DNA of 63,958 bases, counting the filler, from Craspedostauros australis (Eukaryota), in NCBI GenBank assembly GCA_030167865.1. It is 8 parts of 8 records of this genome, joined end to end, with 100 filler letters (N's around TTAATTAATTAA, not from the genome) between each part and the next. Parts side by side here need not be neighbours in the genome. Positions count along the whole stretch, not along the records: positions 1 to 31,673 come from JALAGF010003574.1; 7 more parts are not named here. One strand, written 5' to 3'. Shown here piece after piece: positions 1-11,264 of the stretch (positions are counted from its first letter, which is position 1; each line of letters starts with the position of its first letter). Under the pieces are notes generated by a model that was not told the DNA's origin, did no database searches, and was given only the letters and a program-made list of their open reading frames with translations. Both the position numbers and the translations under genes were made by a program.

Positions 1-3000
1 CCATTCACACCATTCACCATCAGACACCGTCTCCAGTCTCCTCGTCTCCATTCGAAAGTGCAATACTTGGCGCATTCACAAACATTCACACCATCCAATA
101 CCATAATCAACAATTAACATCGAACATCGAACATCCAAGATGCAAGACTATACCTCCTCCTCCTCCTCCCCTTCATGCGCCGCTTCCTCATGCTGCCCTT
201 CCTCATCCGCATGCTGCTCGAAGACGGTATCCATCATGAAGACAACTTCGCCCCCAACTCTCAAGGCCAAGCTGCAAGAATACTCCGATGAGCTCCCCAA
301 CATGCTCGCCAACCTCAAGGACATGCTTGATGCCATGCTCATCTTCTTCGTCTCAACACTCCTCGCCGTCATCCTCGTCGTCCTCACCGCCGATCGACAA
401 GTGGCCAACGGAAACACCAAGTCGGACGATGCCATCCTCTCCATCATCGACAACGGCAGCAGCAGCAGCAGCAACGCCAACAACAAAATCAACAACAACT
501 CGACACACGATGAGCCAAGCTTCCTCGCCAAGCAGCTCCGCCGCATCAGCGTCTACCGCATGGCCATCCAGACCTTCATCGAGTACCAATTCGCCAAGCG
601 CGAAGCATCCCGCATCCAGCAATCCCTCAACCTCACCGACGCCCAGGCCGAGGAACATCCAGACATCGTCCACTTCTGGAGCCTCGCCAACCGCAAGACC
701 GCACAGCGCCTCACAGACCAGATCAAGACCCTCGAAGGATTCTGGATCAAGGTCGGACAATACCTCAGCTCCCGCGCCGATGTCATGCCCCTCGAGTTCG
801 TCCAGGAGCTGTCGGCCCTGCAGGATGATCTGCCGGAACGCAGCTTCGACAACGACATCATGGCCACGCTCCATGAAGAGCTCACGCCCGTCCAGTTCAA
901 GTCCATCGAATCCATCGACCCCGTCTCCCTGTCCACAGCGTCGCTGGCGCAGGTACACCGCGCCAAGCTCACCAACGGACAGGAGGTCGCCATCAAGGTG
1001 CAGCACCGAGGCGTGGCCTCGTTGATGAGACAGGATGTTGAGAACCTTCACATCATCATGGAGTTCCTCGCCCGCTTCGAGCCAGACCTCGACTTCGAGT
1101 CCGTCGTCAAGGAGTACTCGATGGAGGTGGAGAAGGAGCTCGACTTCCGCGCAGAGGCCGTCAACATGAACGAGGTCCGACTGCTGATGGCAGAGAACAA
1201 GGTCGATGTCATCGTGCCAAGGGCCATCCCAGGCCTCGTCACGGAGCGCGTCCTGGTGATGGAGTTCTGCGACGGATTCTCCGTCCGCAACATCAAGGCC
1301 ATGAAGAAGCACAACGTCGACCGCAAGCTGCTGCTGGAGCGCATCTGCACAGCATGGGCAGTCCAGATGCACGTCGGAGGTGTCTTCAACACGGATCCGC
1401 ACGCCGGGAACATCCTCGTCTCGACCGCGCCAGGCAAGGACGGCTCCGTGCCGGTCCTGCTGGACTTTGGACTCACCAAGCGCTTCGATCACAAGATGAA
1501 GCTCGGTCTGTCCCGTCTCATGCACGCGACCGATGTCGGCGATGCCGATGAGCTGACGCGAAGCTTCGATGAGATGGGAGTGAAGATGAACAGACACGAT
1601 CCATTCGAGGATCTCGTGACCCTGCAGCAGACCTTCCACACGACCATCCCCCAGTCCAAGGCCAAGAAGGTCCAGAAGCGACTCTCCCACGAGTACCAGG
1701 CGCGCGTCGCCGCCATGAAGAAGGAGCAGGGTCTGGGTGAGCACGACAGCCTGCGCAACCCCATCGACGCATGGCCAGCGGAGCTCATCTTCTTCGCCCG
1801 AGTGAGCAACCTCCTCCGCGGACTCTGCTCCTACCTCGACGTCAAGTACCCGTACCTGAACACCATGGCCAAGGCCGCCCGAACCACCATCTGCGAGTCG
1901 GTCCCCACCCAGGATCGCGCCAAGTCCCTGGTCCACGATCGATCATCCGTCTCCAGCGACGCCCTGCGCGAGAAGCTGGAGGGTGCGATCGCGGACGTCC
2001 AGAAGGAAGGCAGCATGGTGGGCCTCCAGCTCAACGTCCGCGTGGGTGGGGAGGAGCGCGTGAACGTCGCCGCAGGTGTGTTGGGAACCGCCAACCCACG
2101 CCCCGTCACCCCATCCACCCTCTTCAACGTCTTCTCCGTCGGCAAGGCCTACCTGGCCATCGGCGTCCTGCGGCTCGTCCAGGATGGCAAGATCGATCTG
2201 GATGAGCCAGTCGCCACGTACTGGCCAGAGTTCGGCAAGAAGGACATCACGGTCCGATACGTCCTGTCTCACCAGAGCGGAATGCCCAACGCCATGCCAC
2301 GCGACGGCAGTCTGGATGAGATGCTGGACTGGGACAGCATGAAGAAGTTCATGGAGAGCACGGGCACCCAGTACCCATGCGGTCAGCAGACCAAGTACCA
2401 CTACCTGTCCCTCGCATGGCTGTGCGGAGGCCTCATCGAGGCGGTGACGAAGCAGCCGTACGACCAGTACCTCAAGAGCGTCCTCGCCGATCCCGACAGC
2501 GACGAGGAGTTCAACCTCCACGCTGGAGGACTGCCGGAGGACATCGACAACGACGAGCTGGCGGTCCTGTCTGTCCACCATGCCGACTTGGCCCAGCTGA
2601 ACAACGCCGCAGCCGAAGCCGCCAAGCGAGAGAAGATGAAGCAGATGAAGCTCAAGCAGGAGGCCGAGCGCAAGAAGGCGATGGAGGCCGCCACCGCACC
2701 AATCAAGCCAGCAGCAGCAGCCTCATCGCCAACGAAGGCAGTCGCCGCACCATCAGCAGCAGCCTCGACACCAACCAAGCCCAGCATCAACCACAAGAAG
2801 ATCCTCGCCAAGTACGCCGGGCGCAAGCAGCTCATGACACCCACCATGTACAACATGAGGAAGGTGAGGAGCGCCAAACTCCCATCCGCCAACATGCACG
2901 CATCCGCATCGTCTCTGGCGAAGGTCATGGACGACATCATCATGAAGGAGCGATCCCTCACCAACGAGACCATCGCCATGGCCCAGCAGCAGCAGGGAGA

Positions 3001-3441
3001 TGCCCAGACGGCAGTCCACGCCTTGCTGAATGATTCTTCCGCCTTCTTCGGCCTCGGACTTGTCGTCCACGAGTTCGAGTACGAAGGCCGCAAGGTGCAG
3101 TCGTTCGGTCATCCAGGCTTGGGTGGAAGCCTGGTGATCTGCATCCCCGATGTGAAGCTGACGGTCGCCCTGACGATCAACCAGCTGTCGTACAACTCCA
3201 TGGTCCGCAAGCGCGTCCTGAAGATCGTGTTTGATGAGTTCGAGTTGAAGCCTCCAGCCAGTGTTCTCCGATAGATGGATGGATGGATACGTATACTCTG
3301 TGGACGTATGCCATATCTGCATCTATTGAGCGGTACATACATACATGCATACTCGTACACACGATACGGGTAGTTTGTATGCACGTATGTACCATGCACT
3401 TAACGAGAGATGGAAACCAACCACGACGACGATGACGACAG
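1..3441 (+). repeat. 3441-bp block also present at 31774-35214 (+) and 44441-47881 (-)
   Basis: Same 1044-aa translation and matching UTR sequence in all three copies. Copies 1 and 2 diverge immediately after ...GATGACGACAG. Confidence 0.97.
140..3274 (+). CDS. ABC1/UbiB atypical kinase - serine beta-lactamase-like fusion (ABC1K11-type architecture), copy 1
   Basis: Intronless 1044-aa ORF. UbiB motifs: IKVGQYLSSRAD (KxGQ), ASLAQVH, VAIKVQH, ELDF..EA, DPHAGN, LLDFG. C-terminal beta-lactamase motifs: FSVGK (SxxK), LSHQSG, FGHPG. One N-terminal TM helix. Confidence 0.93.
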   Translation: MQDYTSSSSSPSCAASSCCPSSSACCSKTVSIMKTTSPPTLKAKLQEYSDELPNMLANLKDMLDAMLIFFVSTLLAVILVVLTADRQVANGNTKSDDAILSIIDNGSSSSSNANNKINNNSTHDEPSFLAKQLRRISVYRMAIQTFIEYQFAKREASRIQQSLNLTDAQAEEHPDIVHFWSLANRKTAQRLTDQIKTLEGFWIKVGQYLSSRADVMPLEFVQELSALQDDLPERSFDNDIMATLHEELTPVQFKSIESIDPVSLSTASLAQVHRAKLTNGQEVAIKVQHRGVASLMRQDVENLHIIMEFLARFEPDLDFESVVKEYSMEVEKELDFRAEAVNMNEVRLLMAENKVDVIVPRAIPGLVTERVLVMEFCDGFSVRNIKAMKKHNVDRKLLLERICTAWAVQMHVGGVFNTDPHAGNILVSTAPGKDGSVPVLLDFGLTKRFDHKMKLGLSRLMHATDVGDADELTRSFDEMGVKMNRHDPFEDLVTLQQTFHTTIPQSKAKKVQKRLSHEYQARVAAMKKEQGLGEHDSLRNPIDAWPAELIFFARVSNLLRGLCSYLDVKYPYLNTMAKAARTTICESVPTQDRAKSLVHDRSSVSSDALREKLEGAIADVQKEGSMVGLQLNVRVGGEERVNVAAGVLGTANPRPVTPSTLFNVFSVGKAYLAIGVLRLVQDGKIDLDEPVATYWPEFGKKDITVRYVLSHQSGMPNAMPRDGSLDEMLDWDSMKKFMESTGTQYPCGQQTKYHYLSLAWLCGGLIEAVTKQPYDQYLKSVLADPDSDEEFNLHAGGLPEDIDNDELAVLSVHHADLAQLNNAAAEAAKREKMKQMKLKQEAERKKAMEAATAPIKPAAAASSPTKAVAAPSAAASTPTKPSINHKKILAKYAGRKQLMTPTMYNMRKVRSAKLPSANMHASASSLAKVMDDIIMKERSLTNETIAMAQQQQGDAQTAVHALLNDSSAFFGLGLVVHEFEYEGRKVQSFGHPGLGGSLVICIPDVKLTVALTINQLSYNSMVRKRVLKIVFDEFELKPPASVLR

Positions 3442-3831
3442 TAATCACCGCTACCTTAGACATAACAGTATAATGCTGTAACACAATAACACAATACTTA
3501 TTTAGCTGAACATTTCATTCGCACTGATGCTGATCGGCACACTTGGCCGTCGATGACGAGTGCAGTCGAGAGCACTAGTAGACATCCTCCGTGTAGTAGA
3601 CTGCTTGCGATCTGGAGACAAGGGGGAATTCGACATCACGTAAAATACATTTAATGTCGTAAAATTATATTTCACACGTAAACCCCGAAATCTTACTTCT
3701 TCGCGCTTGGCGACCACAAAGCAAACACGCAACGTTTGGTTTGCCCATTTCCATTGCTGGTGTTGTTGCGACGTGCTCTATCCCCTCCGACCCATCATAC
3801 TCCTGTACACCGCAGACGGTCGACATTCGTC

Positions 3832-6142
3832 ATGAGTCTCCCACCCACCGTGAAGAAGCTGTCCGCTGCTGATCAGGAGCGGTTCAATTTGATCTCAGTT
3901 CCAGAAGGCTTCGAGCCAACGAAGGAAGAGCAGAATCTTTTGGGCATGTACGAGACCATCAAGAGGTAAGTGATTGCAAGGGTGTTCGTTTGATCTTGCT
4001 GCTTCAAGGCGTTGTCCAGTGATGATGGTGTTATCATGCATTCGTCTGAAGCTGTGAATCGCCATGCAAACCCCCGTCATGGATGCTGCTTGCCGGAACA
4101 AGTGGACTCATCAGTACCGTGCTTGCAATGTCACCCTCGAAACACGTTGATGCACGTACCAACATGGTGTCAATTATCTCACAACGTGGACCTCCCTTTC
4201 CTCACGGCCATGGCTACGACCACCACGGCTACGACAAGAACAACAGATACGAACGAGAAAACGCGAGACTGAGAGAACAGAGGGCGAGAGAGAAACTGGC
4301 GGAACGCGAGGCAGAGTTCAAGCAAAAGACGGCCCCGAAGCGCAAGCGCAACAGAGCGAAGGCAGCAGCTGGCGTCGATGGTGCCGATGGCAGCGATTCC
4401 GATGACCTGGGAGATGATAGCGATGATATGGACGACAACGAAGACGAAGACGACATCGCCCGTCGCCGTGCCGCCAAACTCGAGGCGTTGCGCGATGAGG
4501 TCGACGAGGCACGCATGCAATCGGCCGAAACGAAGGTCCGCAACGAGGAGACGTTGCGTGAGAAGTTCCTCGAATCGAATGCGGATGGTGTGGATCTGGC
4601 ACCGCTGCTGAAGAGGAAGAAGGTCAGCAACGAGGCTACAGGACAGTCGTTGCTCACCACGATGATGAAGGCCAAGACGCCGCCACACGACTTTTCGGAA
4701 ACCTTGGGGATCAAACAGTACAAAGGCAAGGTTCTGTTTCCTGCCTCCAAGGAGGAAACATCTTGGGTGCCACCGAGCGTCGCCGACAATCCCAACGATG
4801 GTGCATTCCTGGTGGAGCTTCCAGACTTTCAGATTTCAAAGGCCCAGAGCGGAATTGGCAACAACACGATCGCGATCAAGTTTTCCGCTCCGTCAGATTC
4901 CAAACGATTCAGGTTCGTTCAAATCGAGATGTTCGATGGATTTATTCTTCTTTTGGTACTGCTGGCATCAGCTTCGTATGATGATGGACAATGCTCTCGT
5001 CTTCATTGCTTTCATTCTATCCCGTCATATCTCGCGTTCATATCTCACATTCTTATCTCACGATCATATTTCGGTTTCTTCCCCCATGTTCAACTAATCA
5101 CGTCTGGATGCACAGCATCAACATCTCGGGACCAGGCCACAACGAGTTCGACAGCGTGCTTTGCCATTTCAACCCTCGTCAGTTCGAACGCGGTGGTCAG
5201 CTCGTGATCAACGACAAACAGGAAGGCACTTGGGGTCAGGCGATCAATCTTCCTCTGTCGCAGGTGCCCCTCATCTTTGGTCAAACGGCCGTGTCGCTCA
5301 TCGTCCAAATCAACGGAGAGGGGTTCGATATCTTCATCGAAGGCAAGCATTGCGCGAGGTTGGAACATCGCAAGGAACTGCCCTCAAAACCATGCTCGTT
5401 GTATCTGCAATTCCCAAGCTGCGATGACTATCAGAGTAAGTTTGCAGAGTTGCGTTCGTGCATATTTGTGCGTGGATGCGAGTATGAACACTTACGGAAG
5501 GTTGCTGCCAATCTGCAATTGCAATGAAGTCTCTTCTGTGGCTGTGCTTCGTGTGGTACATTGATGTTGGAATCAGAACAAATCGAAGGAAAACTTCAGC
5601 TGATAGACACATGGCTGTGCCATTTGGAGATCTCACCTTTCATGCTTGACCTTTTCCGACGCACGCATGAATTCACTTGCGCACCCACAATATCCCTCGC
5701 TCCATCGACCACGTTATCAGAACCCGAGAATTGGTTGGTGTACAAGACATGGTGGGGCAACCGCGAGATCATGCACGGCAAGGACCTCAGCAGCATCGCC
5801 GGTGTCAATGCCCACAACGCCGACCATCCACGCAAGCTCTTCATCTCCAACCTCTCCAAAATCTCGAAGGACAGAGACGTGGACATCCGGCGTGCAGAAC
5901 TGGAGCGTGCCTTCCGCAAATACGGAGGTGCTCGCGGTGTAACGTGTATCATCCCGAAGCATTCCACATTTGCCTTCGTGGAGATGGAGTCGGAGCGCAT
6001 GGCTGACAGGGCCTTGCTGGAGATGGGAAGCAAGTTCAAGATGAACAGAGCCAGATGGTCACGACATGAAGCGTTGCAGGAGAAACGAGCCAAGGCAGAA
6101 GCGGAAAAGAAGGGCCTCGTGAAGGAGTCATCTGCTTGGTAG
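3832..6142 (+). CDS. Galectin-fold + C-terminal RRM protein, 4 exons (3832-3965, 4247-4912, 5116-5435, 5721-6142)
   Basis: Three phase-compatible GT..AG introns join the frames (IKR|YERE, RFS|INIS, YQK|PENW). Galectin-like FSINI..HFNPR..LVIND..WG..FDIFIEG; RRM motifs LFISNL (RNP2) and TFAFVEM (RNP1); basic NLS-like PKRKRNR and LKRKK. Confidence 0.82.
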
Positions 6143-6341
6143 TTACGAGTAGCAAAGCCCCTATACAGCCATGATTGCGTGAATGGAGCACAGCGGAGAT
6201 ACTAGTATCATTCGAAATCATGGTGAACGCGTGCAGTAATTTGTTGCGTTCCGTTTCCATTATTATGCTCCCAACTATTGTATCAGAGTAGGATGGAGTC
6301 AGATTCATTTTGCATGCTGAAAGCGGCAACAGCACCGCACT

Positions 6342-9066
6342 CTAAATGTCCTGGTAAAGGAATATTTTGCCATCTGCGCCGCCGCTGAACAGCCATGGTT
6401 GGCGTGGGTGGAACGTCACAGCGAGGACACCGAACTTGCGTCGTTGGGTGTGACCACGCAAAATCTTGACAGGGACGATAAGTGGATTACGCAACAGATC
6501 GCTGTAAACCATGGAATGGAAAACATGGATGGTACCGTCGTCGGATGCGCTGGCCATGAGAGGGTACTTGGGATGGAATCGGCCACCTCTCACGGCTCGT
6601 TCGTGGTATTTGAGTGTTTTGTACGGCGTGTTGGACAGATCCAAATCAAACCAGATGACGCGCTTGTCGAGACTGCCGATGATGACATGATCGCCGCTGG
6701 GGTGGATGTCCAGGGAAGAGATCCAGCGACATCCAGATATCAGTCCTGTGTATTTGCATGTGCGAGTGTATGTAGCGTTGCCATTGTTGCAATTGCATCG
6801 GAAGCAATATCACATAGAAGTGAGATGGTGAGGAGATGAACCCGCGTGTGATAGTGCGTGCTGCTCTCCAACCAACATGACAAAGGAAAACCCAAGACAA
6901 AAACAGAGCAAGACACTTGAGCTCAACAAATCGCACAAATCACGCAAGTCACTTACGTTTGACCATCATCTGTTTCACAAGATTGTAGATGCGGACGTGC
7001 TTCTGGCTGGCGACGAACAGGAATGGCTTATTGGGATGGAAGCACGCCAGCTGGACCTCGCCCTTGGCCTTGCTGAAAGGCTGTTGCGAGTTGCCCTTGC
7101 TGAGCTGGTGTACCAGAACGGAGGAAGCGCCGGCCTTTGGACAGACGGTGACGAAATAGTCACCCTTGCTGTGCCAGCGAACGCTGGCCATTTCGAACTT
7201 CGTGACGAGAACAGCGACTGGACCGGATGTGGAAGCGTATGCGCTCATGGGATTCTTGTCACCGCCCAATGGATGCCATGTCACTGCCTTGGATGCCTTC
7301 GCGTTCTTCACTGCGCCGCCCTTCTTCGCAGCTGCGAGCAATGCGTCGGTGAGCTCGACATCGCCAAGACCCTCCGTTCCTGTCGCGATGATGATGGCGC
7401 ATTTGCCAAGAGAGACGAGGACGCAGTGAAGGGAGCTGTTCGTATTCCATTCGACCGCCACGACGGGCTTGATCTTGTCACCCGTATCAGAATCGTCGCT
7501 CGCGAGTGTGGTATGCGAAGACGGATCGACAGCGCGCGAAATGGCATGAGCGTTCCAGCTGCGAAGCAGGCGGCTCGTGGAAACCTCCCAAAGACGAACG
7601 TATCCGTCGCTGGCTCCGCTGACCATGTACTGACCGTCGGGGCTGCAGGTGACGCAACGGATGATCGGCGGCTCTTCGTCGTCCGCGTACGGGGTCTTGT
7701 ACTCGATGCACCTGGACGTTGGGAACGGTCGCAAGTCGCTCGCCCTGGGAAGCTTTGGCACCAGGCTCTCAGGATCGATGTTGAGCTTTCGTTTCATCAC
7801 ACGAGGGCAGAGGTACAGATCGAGGCACCTTTCAAACACCTCTCGCACCGAATGCTCGTAGGCGCCGACGGAACGCAAGTTGGGGTGCTTCTTGGGAATG
7901 AGGAGACCATGTGGCCTTTCGCTGGCATCGAGCTGCTCCCATTCCTTCTTTTCCTCTTCCGTCGGGAGGTATTCGTCCGGCGGGACGTAGCTCTCGGCAT
8001 GTCCTGGAGGTGGCGGCTTGGGCGCCGCGATGTACTGAGGTCCCTTTCTCAGGTTGAGCTCGTCCTCTTCGGCGCCAGTCCAGATCATGAACGGCTTGTC
8101 GTTGTCGGCCTTCTTCCTCTTGCTGAGGTCGTTCATATCCCGAATGTTTCCCTTCAGGTAGTCCATGTTGATCTTGCCCTTGCGGAGCTTGGCGAGGAGG
8201 CTCTTGACCTGCAGATCCTCCCACTTGCTCGGCTTGAATCGTGACTTGGGTTCCGTGCGGTTGGAGTTGAGACCGGAAATCTGGCGATCCACTCCGCTGT
8301 AGTAGTCGATGTAGTCCGGGTTGGCTTCGAACTCCGGATGCGCGAAGGCGCCGCCCTGAACACGACGGATGATCTCCAGCTGACGCGCCGACAGCTCAAC
8401 GTTCTTGTCGTTGAGGGCATCATGCACAACGAACTTGCCATTTTCCCGGTTGTCGGCAGAGGCGATGGCAGCGTCGATCTTGTCGGTGCCGTCCGCGGAT
8501 ACAGACTTCATGACCTTGTTGCCATGCGCGTTGTATCCCTGATGGTCGTACTCATCGTACCAATGCAACGGGACGCGGCCGATTCGGTTGCCTTCGCCCT
8601 CGGCATCTTCGTCATCGGACGACAGATCATCCGTGTGCAGCACCAGCGCATTCCCTGACTTGCCGTCATTGGTTGGCACCGCTTGCGCGGTCCCTTCATC
8701 AGAGCTCTTGCCATCACCAGTCACCTGCCGCTTCTTGGTCGTCGACCGCTTCCGGCGTGTGCGCTCGTAGGACTTCTCAAGGTCACGAACCTGCTCGATC
8801 TCGCCGTCGGAGTCTTCCTCCTCGTGTTCCTGCTTCTCGAGCAGCTCTTCATCTTCGTCGGATGATCCTTGATCCTCGAATCCATCCTCGGAATCCACGA
8901 CGGAGACGGAGGAGCCATCGAAGCCGTCCTCGCTGTCGTAAACGCTGTTCTCCTCATCTTCGTCTCCATCATCGCTGCCGTCTTCGCTGTCAGCGGATTC
9001 CTCGGCATCCCTTGCTTTGCCGCGCGTGCGCTCTGCGTCGTCCTCAGACACGTACTTCTTCTTCAT
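6342..9066 (-). CDS. BOP1: Ribosome biogenesis protein BOP1/Erb1 (WD40), intron 6746-6956
   Basis: NRIGRVPLHWYDEYDHQGY, EPKSRFKPSKWE, PPGHAESYVPPDEYL, FERCLDLYLCPR, PKLPRASDLRPFP, WD40 repeats, YSDLLRNPLIVPVK. The splice joins VKR|LISGCRW. Confidence 0.97.
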
Positions 9067-9111
9067 GATGGATCACACGACAGTATGGTAAGTGATGGTA
9101 TGGTGCGCGTC

Positions 9112-9194
9112 TGTGGATGTGGATGTGGATTTGGATGTGGATGTGGATGTGGATGTGGATGTGGATGTGGATGTGGATGTGATGTGATGTGATG
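9112..9194. repeat. (GGATGT)n then (GATGT)n microsatellite just upstream of BOP1
   Basis: About 11 hexamer units followed by pentamer units. Confidence 0.92.
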
Positions 9195-9553
9195 CCACCT
9201 CTCTTCAGAAAAGCACCTTGGGTTGTGATGGATTCAGATACCCTTCCGTTGGTGGCGGAGGATGTTGGTGGTTGCATTCTCTTCCATCACTTGTTGGTGA
9301 GTTGCGTTTTGCGTTTGGTTTCCGTGTTGTTTTTGGTTGGTTTTGTGAGATTGTTCCTGTCGCATGACAGACAGATGAGATGATGGACCATTAGTCGCAC
9401 GAGTCCATTTGGAGTCATGTATATGTTCTAGACACATGGAACGAAGATAGAGAAACATGGTGGTTGCAAGATGGATTCATTCAAGGGGGGACCATTAACT
9501 CTACTCTACTCCGCTTTACTCTGACAAAACTTCGGACTACCACTACATTACAA

Positions 9554-10357
9554 TTAGAACATCATCTTTCGAAACGTACCGCCACCGAGAGAGATCCTAG
9601 AGAAGGCGTTCATCCAAGAGGAGTGAGATGTCGTTTGCGTCTGAAGTCTCTGCTGCGGCAGTTTCAGATGGGTGCTCTCACTGCCGTCGTCCCAGCTGCG
9701 TTTGTTCTTGGCGATGCGAGCCAACCTCTCATCCTCCATTTCCTTGCGCAACCGATTGTACACCACCTCGCAGAGCTGGGCACGCGACGTGCGGCGCCTG
9801 CGCTCGCGTTCCTTAGCAACGCGCGAGGTTCGCTCCAAAATCTGGTACACTGACAAACCGACATCCTCCTGCAGGATGCGAAATCGTCGTTGCGCAGGGA
9901 TTCGGAGCTCTCTGCGCGATCTCCTGCGTTGGGTGCATCTTATGCTTTCGTAATTGGTGATGCGATGGCATTGCTTCGCGCCAACGGCGTGCATCGTCAT
10001 GGACAACGGGCACCCGTCCGTGACGGATGGATTGTCGCCGATGGCGTACGCAAATTCATGGATCTCGACGTTGCCGAACCATACCTTCGTGTCGCGATGT
10101 CGGTACTCCACGTCGAAGCTCAGTTCATCCAGAAGCTGGGGTAGCATGCAGAGATGCTGCGCGCGCCTTGATGGGAACGGTGCGGTCGTATTCGTGTCGG
10201 TGGTGCTGATCATGTTGTTGCCAATGCTTCCATCACTGCTATCGCGATGTGGCATCATTTTGGTCGCCTCATCTCTGTCGAGTTCATTCCGTGCTGTTTG
10301 AGGAGTGAGTTCCATGGTTTGTGATTGCACGGTGATCTGGCCTACTTGTGCTAGCAT
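9554..10357 (-). CDS. Uncharacterised protein of a diatom-expanded family (VxFxxVxIxEF..IGDNPS..GxPL motif)
   Basis: KVWFGNVEIHEFAYAIGDNPSVTDGCPLSM followed by YE..R...RR..EL.IP...R..IL and a basic helix. The start codon is uncertain; the upstream part of the listed ORF looks like UTR. Confidence 0.7.
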   Translation of the reverse strand: MLAQVGQITVQSQTMELTPQTARNELDRDEATKMMPHRDSSDGSIGNNMISTTDTNTTAPFPSRRAQHLCMLPQLLDELSFDVEYRHRDTKVWFGNVEIHEFAYAIGDNPSVTDGCPLSMTMHAVGAKQCHRITNYESIRCTQRRRSRRELRIPAQRRFRILQEDVGLSVYQILERTSRVAKERERRRRTSRAQLCEVVYNRLRKEMEDERLARIAKNKRSWDDGSESTHLKLPQQRLQTQTTSHSSWMNAFSRISLGGGTFRKMMF

Positions 10358-11264
10358 GGTGATGGCAATGGTGTGGTACGAGTGAGCTCTTGCTCTACTT
10401 GATTGTTCGATTGATTGCTTGATTGATTGCTTGATCGTTTCCTTCTGATTGATAGTCGATTGGCCGATTCTCTGCCTTTCGTGTCCACGCAACCAAATGA
10501 TGCGTACATCCAATTTGTGCGTATCAATTGACAAGTGCGTGTGACGCTGTTTCGTTGCTGCCGAAATACGTATCAGTACCGAAATGGTTCGTCGGAGTTC
10601 ATCGTCCACAGAACGAACTACGGGCGGGTATCCACACAACGATGATGATGGCGCTGTGACACTCGTACAACTACCATGTTCGTCACATCGATGACTTCCC
10701 TTTCGTTGTCCACGACCACGAAGCACGCAAAGGCACCAACGAGAAAAGCACGGTGTCAAAACTCTCTCATCGTTTTGGCCATCAACGAAGACACCACAAA
10801 CCAGCCAACAAGTCGAAGCGTTGATGACGATGGCCAACGTATGACCACGTCGGCGCGACAAAGTGTCAAGAAAATAACGGTCGGCATCTCAGAAGATTCC
10901 TTCTTTTGTTGGTGTCAGCAAACGCAAAAACGCTTCTGTTTTGTGGCGAGTTGGTGTCATCAAAGTCATTTGCATCAAGTACTAACATAGCCCTGGACAT
11001 TGAATCAAAATTGAACTTAGTTCCTCACATCTCCAACTCGACTACCGCGCGGGATGCCACAATTACAGGTTGCACTCCTTGTGAGTGTTTGTTCAAATGG
11101 CTCTTGGATATAATATATTACGAGCTACACATGCTGCAAACACAAGTACGAGAACTAGCACAAGTGCTCACAAGCATCATAGAATACAAGCGTCGTTTGC
11201 ACAGTTGCTCCAGAGAAAAGATCCCCATGAGTAGCTCTAAACTACATATGTGTGCTCGTGCCAC

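Noticed and set aside
353..1936. 527-aa antisense ORF, and similar ones at 6877-8244, 37934-38908, 42666-43721 and 53947-55044
   Set aside because: These are shadow ORFs opposite real genes with strong codon bias; they contain no recognisable motifs.
1980..3274. Bacterial antibiotic-resistance gene or contamination
   Set aside because: The domain is fused to a eukaryotic ABC1K in a known architecture and lies next to intron-containing genes.
3333..3392. Imperfect hairpin in the ABC1K 3' UTR
   Set aside because: It is built from alternating purine-pyrimidine low-complexity sequence, which is self-complementary by chance.
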